A stretch of 64,000 nt of DNA from the human T2T-CHM13v2.0 reference genome, Homo sapiens: assembly GCF_009914755.1 (NCBI RefSeq), contig NC_060929.1. One strand, written 5' to 3'. Both the position numbers and the translations under genes were made by a program. How positions within the stretch are numbered: the stretch's first letter is position 1; each line of letters begins with the position of its first letter. Positions 54,335-64,000 of the stretch are shown here, piece after piece. The notes under the pieces were generated by a model. It did not search any database and was not told the origin of the DNA. It worked only from the letters and a program-made list of their open reading frames with translations.

Positions 54335-55342
54335 GGCCTTCACCTCCAGATACTCACAACTTTGAGTAGTCCTCTCTCACACTGTACCAGGGTTGGCACA
54401 TGTGAGCAGAAGAATATGGCAGAGTAATAGTGTGTTGCTGCCAAGTCTGGGTCATAAAAGTCGTTGTGGCTTCTACTTTGCACTCTCTTGAATCACTGAC
54501 TCCTGTGCCTGAGGTAGGAACACCCAGCCATCCCATTACTGGGTACATACCCAAAGGATTATAAATCATGCTGCTATAAAGACACATGCACATGTATGTT
54601 TATTGCAGCACTATTCACAATAGCAAAGACTTGGAACCAACCCAAATGTCCAACAATGATAGACTGGATTAAGAAAATGTGGCACATATACACCATGAAA
54701 TACTATGCAGCCATAAAAAAGGATGAGTTCACGTGCTTTGTAGGGACATGGATGAAGCTGGAAACCATCATTCTCAGCAAACTATCGCAAGGACAAAAAA
54801 CCAAATATCACATGTTCTCACTTGTAGGTGGGAATTGAACAATGAGAACACTTGGACACAGGAAGGGGGACATCACACACCGGGGCCTATTGTGGGGTGG
54901 GGGGAGGGGAGAGGGATAGCATTAGGAGATATACCTAATGTAAATGACGAGTTAATAATGGGTGCAGCACACCAACATGGCACATGTATACATATGTAAC
55001 AAACCTGCACGCTGTGCACATGTTCCCTAGAACTTAAAGTATTAAAACAACAACAAAAAAAAGAACACCCAGCCCTTTGGAGAAGCACAAACAGTGAGGA
55101 ACTGAAGTCTTCTGCCAACAGCCAGTGTAAAGCAAGGCTGCCTGCGGACAGCACCATCTTAGAAAACTGATCTTCCAGTCCCAGATACAGCTTCAGATGA
55201 CTATAGCCTTCACTGACAACTTGAGTGCAATTTCTTCTAGGAACTTTAGTCAGAACCAGCCAGCTAAGCTGCTCCCTGATTTCTCAGAAACTGTATGCAA
55301 TAATAAATGCTTGTTGGTTTAAGCATTGGGGAAATTTGTTAT
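54335..55342 (+). mobile_element. MLT1F-type MaLR LTR split by an L1PA
   Basis: AGAATATGGCAG...GGGTCATAAAAG before the L1; GTGAGGAACTGAAGTCTTCTGCCAACAGCCAG...CCAGCTAAGCTGCTCCC...AATAAATGCTTGTTG after it. Confidence 0.78.
54530..55062 (+). mobile_element. 5'-truncated L1PA4/5-like element with TSD
   Basis: ORF 54596-54838 is the L1 ORF2p C-terminus (MFIAALFTIAKTWNQPKCPTMIDWIKKMWHIYT); 3' UTR; TSD GAACACCCAGCC at 54518-54529 and 55063-55074. Confidence 0.95.
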
Positions 55343-55467
55343 ATTCCACTCTAGTCAGTCCTGTATCATCACTACTCTACTGATCGACTTGTGTTGTATG
55401 CCACCAATTGGCTGCATGTTGCCAATGCAATGATCAATTCTCAGTTCTTATTTTAGTTGACCTATGA

Positions 55468-55792
<325 letters not shown>

Positions 55793-56817
55793 ACTTATTT
55801 CTCCTGAAACAGTTTGTTCATTTGGCCTCCAGATATCACTCTCAATTTTTCTTCAACCTCACTGGCCTCTCTGCTGAGTTTTCCTCATTTTCCTGATTTC
55901 TAGATTTTAAAGTGCCCCAACTGTCTCAGGTCTTTTCTCTATATATACTTGCTCCCTGGGTGATTCATTCAGACTTATCACTTTTAATACCACCTACATT
56001 TTAATAACTCTCAAGTGTTCATCTCAAGTGCTAATCTGTGCTCCAAACTTCAGACTCATACATTCAGTTATCTAAGTGAAACCTCCATGCAGAAATCTAA
56101 GAGGCATCCCCAAAATAAATTTTTTAAAACTAAACTCCTGATCCACCTCCCCTAAAAATGCTCCTTCCACAATCTTCCTCAGCTTGACAAATGACAACTA
56201 CATTCTACCTGTTGCTAAGTCCACAAACTTAAGAGTTATTCTTGATTCTTCTTTCTCACTCTTCACATCCAATGCATCCACAAATTCTGTTGGCTGTGTC
56301 TTCAAATGGTAGACAGAATTATGACCTTTTTTTTTTTTTTTTTTTTTAACTACTTTTACCTCTATTTCTCTAGTCCACACTGCCAATACATGTTACCTGG
56401 GTTACTTCAATAGTTTAACTGGTCTCTGCTTCCATTTTCCCCACATCTTTACTTTCTACACAGGAGCCGGGATGATTCTTCCAAAACTTATGATAGACTG
56501 TGTCCCTTCCTAACACAGACATTCCTACTACTAACACTTTTTGCTTCAATACATCACAGTCATCACCAAGGAATGACCCAAGTCTTTACTACAGGCTCAA
56601 AGCACTATGTGATCTGATGCCTTTCTGTGGCTCCTACCTCATTTTCTATAACTTCCCCCCTCCCTCAAATACGCCAACCACATTTGGCGTACTTGAAATC
56701 ACAATGAAATGTACTTCTGCTGGATAATCATATAGCTCGTTCAGTCATCTCTTTCAGATCTCTGCTGAAATGTCTTACATACAACTCTGTAACTCCTTAC
56801 CCTGACTTATTCTTCTA

Positions 56818-57211
<394 letters not shown>

Positions 57212-57816
57212 GTATGCCCCAATGTATGGAAGACTGTCTATTTCATTCAGTTCTCTATCTCCAGAAGAACAATAGGTACACAGGAAACACTCAAACTATT
57301 TTTTGAATGGATGAAAAGAAAATAGGATATTTCACTCCTGACTCTCACCTTGGTGAGCTAGTGATAAAATAGAGAAAATTACCTTCAGAGTAAGATGGTT
57401 TTCTGTGTCCAGCCCCTCAGAACTGCTAGATGTGTTCTAAGAATTGTATACTTTTGCAATTCAGTAAGAAGGAAGGCACAGTCCTCACGTAAATAATGCC
57501 TCTGTTCTATGCATCAGAACACAAGTGCCACTAGTAGAATTAACACATCTGATTTGAATGAAAACAGCATTGTGTATCTATTTCAGAAGGATTATCTTGG
57601 GAAAAGTAGAAGAGCAGTAGCTAGCTGAAAGATGGTATAGATTGGTCTAATTGAACTGAGTCTCAAAGTCCAACTATTGAAAGTGTTCAGTGCACATACT
57701 TGTGGCTTAGCAAGCTTAGCATGGGGTAAGAACTCAAAATGTCACTTCCTGTTATGTGGAGTGAAGCTGTTAGGAAAGATAACATCATCATGTTTCTTTT
57801 ATACATATAAATCCCT

Positions 57817-57817
<1 letters not shown>

Positions 57818-57855
<38 letters not shown>

Positions 57856-57900
57856 TGTGAGAGCGAGCGAGCGAGCAAGCGAGAGCAAGAGAGAGAGAGA
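57818..57900. repeat. Compound microsatellite (GT)18-(GAGC)n-(GA)n
   Basis: Read directly. Confidence 0.93.
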
Positions 57901-58810
57901 TGTTAGCAATCCTTCAAAATCTGATTCCAACCTACCTTCCCTAGAGGCACTCAAACTCACCTAAACCCCATGTAATCCCCATATTTGTTCACACTATTCC
58001 CTTGGTGAGAAAACACCTCCTGTCACTTCCCCTCCTTCCACACTTCACTGCAGTTCTCTCCCTGCTGAAATCTCCCATGCTTCACATTCATATCAAATTC
58101 CTTCCTAGGCCCCTCTCTCTTTGTGAAATGTGATAATAAAACCTAAACCTAATCAAGTTGCAGTGAATATTCAATGAGATCATCTAAGACAATGCTCAGT
58201 AGGGTGCCTGGGACTTCTCTGTGACTATTTCATCTCACTCATGAGGTCTTAAGTGATTCCTAGTACCAGATACAATGTCTCCCTCCCATAAATTCCAACC
58301 ACTCTTTATGCTTAGTTATGGCAACTATTGTTTTATGGTTGAGTAATCATATTCTAACACCTGTTAGGTCATAATCCTTGAGAACAAAGACAATGCCCCA
58401 ATAACATCCCATATAGTAATTTGTACAGTGTAGACAGAGTATGTGAGTCAAATTAAGCTTCTAGATTTCAATAGGCTCAGATCACCTTCAGTGTTCTATC
58501 AATTGTATGTTTACCTTTTATTTGAAAGTACTACTGTCTTTCAAGAGGTCTTTTTGTTAAATATATCATTTGAACTTCTAAATAATTTTATGAAACATGT
58601 ATGAATTAGTAATAGTTCCACTTACAGATGAACTTAATTGTGATTTGTGGAATTTAAATAACCCTAGGATCCCACAGTGAGTAGCAGAGTTGGACTATGC
58701 AATAGATTCCTGAACCTCTTTGTATATCACAAGACTGTGCTAGGTGCTAGGGATACACCTGTGAATGAGGTAGAACTGGTTCTCCCCTTCACAAAATTTA
58801 CTCCCTAGGG

Positions 58811-59026
58811 CAGTAGTTCTTAACTGAAAACAATCCCTCGTCCCCTACAAGGGAAAACTGGCAGTGCTTGGAGACATTTTGAATTTTCACCTCATGGTGG
58901 AAATTAATGTCATCTAGTGGGCAGTGGCCAGGGATGTTCTTAACCTCCTACAATGCACAGGAGAGCCCCCACCACAAAGCATCATTCTGGCCCAGTCATC
59001 AGTTCTGCTGAGGTTGAGCAACCCTG
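58811..59026. mobile_element. MER20 (hAT-Charlie)
   Basis: CAGTAGTTCTTAAC... / ...GAGGTTGAGCAACCCTG termini; CATCTAGTGGGCAGTGGCCAGGGATG; CTAG-centred 8-bp flanks. Confidence 0.85.
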
Positions 59027-59162
59027 CTCTAGATTCGGCTTCAAAACGAAGGATGTGAAGTATCCATAGGACACAATAACACATAGGGTTGCAGAGATAG
59101 GTGCAGAACTGATGACAGATGCTTAGATGCCATGTTAAAGGTGTGAACTTTATCCTACAGGG

Positions 59163-59363
59163 CAGGGATCGGCAAATTACGGCCAGTGGGCGAAATTCAG
59201 CCTATTTGTTTTTGCAAATACAGTTTTATTGGAACATGCTAATGTCCATTTGTATATCTGGGCTTCTTTTGCACTACCGTGGTAGGGTTGAATAGTTGCC
59301 CCAGAGACCATAGGGTCCGCAAAGCCTAAAATATTTATTTTCTGGTCCTTTTGTTCACCTCTG
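59163..59363 (+). mobile_element. MER58A (hAT-Charlie), near complete
   Basis: CAGGGATCGGCAAATTACGGCC...GTTTTATTGGAACA...GCAAAGCCTAAAATATTTA. Confidence 0.85.
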
Positions 59364-60289
59364 CTATAGATAGTGGACAATCAAAGCAGAACTGTAGGGT
59401 AATTAATGAGACAGTATAAGTAGGACATCCTTAGTGGGAAGGAGCTAGTGGCACAAAGACAAGTTAGAATGTTATTGAAATAGATCAAACACAAATCTAA
59501 GTATTAAAATACCTGGTGGTATTGGGAGGGAACAGAACAGCAAGAGATAATAGGTGAAATAATCCATAGGCCTAGGCAGAAGGAGGGCAAGGCAGAAGTC
59601 AAATATGATTTTTTCTGGTTTTTTGGGAAGATAATGGCCAGATAAACAGAAGTAGAAAAATCAAAAAGGGGGGCACAGTAAGCTTGGTTTTGTGCGTGTT
59701 AAATATAAATTAAGAGTGGATCTTCCACGTGGAAATGTCCAGAGGAGGCATATGGAACTTGAGCCTGGGAAATGAGGTTTAAGAGTAGGGTTTATTAAAA
59801 GAGCTGACAGTTGGAATTGAACAGAGGAGAGACACTTGTGGTGCAGGGAACATACTGAATAAGGTCAAAGGAATAATTATGTAACCGGGGGTACTTTCAA
59901 TTAAGGTGCTGGAAACAGAGACAATGAAAAGAAAAGGGAGATCTCATATGAATAAAGTTAATCCAGTAAATGAGACAGTATCAACAAAGAGGGATGAGCA
60001 TCAATTTCAAATGCTAATAATATTTTGCCATGACTAATACTGTGCATATCAGTAAGTGACTTTAAATGCAAAGGCAATGCTGCTTTAAGTTTGTTTGTGT
60101 ATGTACGTGTTCATTTGCAAAGAAAACTCTCAAGATGAATGTAAGATAATGTTTCTCTTTAATTTATAGCTGGTCCAACTCTGACTTTTCTTGGAACTTC
60201 TGTTTTTTTACTTCAACGCATATCATTGTCTTCTGAAGTTTCTATCAACAGTGTAAAATGAGGAGCTTATGAATAAAGATGTTCTTTTA

Positions 60290-60596
<307 letters not shown>

Positions 60597-60674
60597 TCAA
60601 CGTATGGCTTCCACATCACCTGTAGGGCTTACAAAGTCGACTTTCTGGGCATCACATCAGACCTATTGTGGGTG

Positions 60675-60850
60675 CAGGGCTGGCTTCACAGGTGTGACCT
60701 ATGAAGTTATACAGGATCCTACTCTCAGAAGGGCCTTGTGCTGGATTGAATGCAGTGCTGTTGCCATCATGAAATTTGTAATATTTATTTGCGTAACGGG
60801 CCCTGTATTTTCACTTTACCTGGGCCCTACAAATTACGTAGCCAGTGCTG
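60675..60850. mobile_element. MER91A-like hAT-Tip100 element
   Basis: CAGGGCTGGCTTCA...CTCAGAAGGGCC...GGGCCCTACAAATTACGTAGCCAGTGCTG with inverted termini. Confidence 0.7.
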
Positions 60851-62734
60851 TGTGAGCATTCTAGCATGGAAAGTAATTAGTTTACAGAGTAAAAAAGATT
60901 ACAGGGTAGAAAAATGTGGTTCCTTACTTAGCTCTCATTTATTTGCATTGAGACATACTTTTTAAAACACCCATGTTTACACTCTTTGGAAGTAAAACTT
61001 GGAATCTACCATTGGCAGGTACAGAATTTTCCACAGAACATTTTTTTTTTTTTTGCATCTGTGCAGCTACCAGGTAAGAACTTAATAATTACAGTGTGGG
61101 AAAACAGAGTACCAACATACTTTCTGCTTAGGGATTAGCATCACCCAATCCAAGTTCAGTGTGTTTACCTGCAACTAAGGGATTGAGAACAGAAGAACTT
61201 CTGCAAGAACAAATGTCCCTCTTCCTATGGTGGAAGTATCAGTGGTTCAGGTTGGTATATTAGATGGTTTGAGGTTGTACAAAGATGGTGTTTGGCATAG
61301 CTGATGTGGCTTATTGAATTTTAAAATGTTGAATTAAATAAGGAGAAGCTTATTTCCTTTCCAAATCCCTTTCAGTAATTCTTATTACCTTAAGAAGAAA
61401 GACTTAATTGTGGTCTTTCATATGTCTATATTATTTGCTAAATGCCATTTTAAACAGAGAACAGACCTCAGGCTCAGAGTCTTTGGAAGGTCATGGTTAT
61501 CTAGCTAAACTTGAATCTATTTTGCCTTGTTTATTGTATATTTTTTCAATTATCTTCTATGCATAATAAATGACGCTAGTTCCAAATTACAGTAATATAC
61601 AAAGCTTTATTTTTAAACATATGGCCTTTTAAATAAAAATGTAAGTCTACTAGAAATATTAAATGTAAACAGTATAAATGGCCCACAGTTGCACCTAAAA
61701 TTGTGAAGGTGATTCAAGAATGATCAATGTGTTAGTGAAACTGCTATTCTTATTAGTAAGAAGGCTTTATTAAAGGAAGCCTGGTTCTATTCAGAGGAGA
61801 ACTGTAGAAATCAGCCTTGTGCATTATCAGCCTGCAATTCATATATATTTTAGTTATTAGTATCCATAAATCATACGCTGTTCTATTTGGCAATCACTCA
61901 ATAGAAGGTCATAAAAAAAATCACACTGCACAAAATAAAGCAAAGTAAAACAAATACTATTAACCTAAAGAAGGCAAACAAGCAGGAATGATAATCCAAG
62001 TAATCTTAAGTCAGAAAGTTGCTTGCTTCAAAAGGTCAACAATACACACTTCACCATTTATAAATGTGAAATTAGCCATGTATGAAAAAAAAAAACCAAA
62101 AAACTGGTACCCTACTAATAACATGAAGAGGAAGCCACTTTATTTTAATAATAGCTAATTTAATCAGAGGGTTATCTCAAAAGGGTAATGGGGAAAAATT
62201 GGTCTCAAATTACTGCAATTTAAAAATGATATATATAATATTTAACTGTATAAAAATATTTATATTAAAATAATATTTCTATGCTAAACCCCTTCAAAAA
62301 GGTTTTCTATTATTTTAGTTCTTCTGAAGATCTACTTTGGAAAAATGGTACTTAATTTCTGCCAGTTAAAATTTCTCCAAATTAAAACACTGAAAATGAA
62401 ACTATGAAGGGTTTTTTTTTGCAAATTTCTCAAAATCTTGACATTTCTTTTGTAAGCTTAGGTCTTGATATATAATTTAACTGTTATGAATTCTAAAAGA
62501 TAAGGATTAGTCATCAGAATTTAACAAGCTAGTTATTCAGTAATTTCCCAAGAATCATAGATACATTTACACAGATTTTTTTCAGAAATATAACAGGCAT
62601 AAATAATTTTCAAAGTATAAGCTAAATATTAAAATGCATGTATTTGACAAATTATTGTGACAGAATAATAAGATACAGAATCATTCATATACACCAAAGC
62701 CAACTATACCAATCTATGTGCATGTAAACCCAAA

Positions 62735-62738
<4 letters not shown>

Positions 62739-62765
<27 letters not shown>
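62739..62765. repeat. (AC)13 microsatellite
   Basis: Read directly. Confidence 0.93.
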
Positions 62766-63039
62766 GAGACACACACTGAGTCATGGTGACAAAGTCCACA
62801 CAAATGGTTAATCATTGAGTTCAAAGTTTTTTTCCACTATGGCAATCAAAACCAACATCACCAGGACTTCTAGTCTGGAAGGGTATGGATCCCCCTGGGT
62901 GTTCAGCATAAAAGACACAGCAACAGAAGGTATGTTTCTCAATCGATCAAAAAACAACTATTTATTGAATGTATATTATACAGGTGGCACTTGTACCTTC
63001 ACAGTGGATACAATGATTGATGAATGTGGAGGTTCTTAC

Positions 63040-63401
<362 letters not shown>

Positions 63402-64000
63402 TAGAAAATGACAAATAAATGTCAACACATTCAGTCTGAGAGCCCAAGGAAAGAAAGATTGCACCCAATGAAGGTAGGTAGTTTTGGCCCTGTATACATT
63501 TGCTTACGAAAACCAAAAGTCAGACCACCAACTCAAATGTTTCCACTTTGTTTGCTCTTATTAAAGCTTACACTTTTTAAATAATATATTGAATCACAGA
63601 AAACAATCTCTGAAACACTATTTCTGAGAAGAAAGACAACAATATTAGCTTCTAGTCCCAGAGATATTTCCATTCTAAAAGGAAATATCTCAAGTCAAAG
63701 AGACTATTCTATAATGTGGAATTTGGCATGAAGGCTGGCAAAGTGGAAATGGAAGGATATTGTTTTGAGGTAAGATGGGTCTTGGTCCTCCTCTATCTGG
63801 CCACCTAGGTCACTCAAAGAGAGCCTGTGAGTCAGGCCAGATCTTGTTACCAAGCAGTTTGCTGTTCTGTTGCTTAGTGACTTGAACTAGCCGGCCATCA
63901 TTCCCAGCTGGCTCTTCCAGAGTCAAACCTTAACAGATTTCTGACTTGATCTTTCTCCTTAGAGCTCAAGACTTTTTTCTTTCCCTGAATGATTGACTAT

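Noticed and set aside
54596-54838. 80-aa ORF with clear protein homology
   Set aside because: It is the C-terminus of L1 ORF2p in a 5'-truncated copy, not a gene

Overview
This is primate, almost certainly human, AT-rich intronic DNA with no supportable protein-coding exon. The anchor is a hairpin at 9861-9958 whose minus strand matches the pre-miR-582 sequence as I recall it. That places the window inside a long 5' intron of PDE4D (5q12, minus strand); this placement is established knowledge of the host gene, not something readable from the window. The rest is mostly transposable elements: 13 Alu copies or fragments, several L1s, L2, MIR, L3/CR1, MaLR LTRs and hAT MER elements. There is also a two-LTR, multiply deleted HERV-S/HERVL18 provirus (19485-22673) with a tRNA-Ser primer-binding site and a 5-bp target-site duplication (TSD). 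I found no new self-contained biological system. The best leads are: the CR1 reverse-transcriptase origin of the miR-582 hairpin; the mini-provirus, whose LTRs diverged by CpG decay into different transcription-factor motifs; a repeat-free motif cluster near 51.7-52.1 kb with a possible microexon or first-exon donor; and several unusual retrotransposition junctions. Repeat subfamily calls and many boundaries are by eye and approximate.
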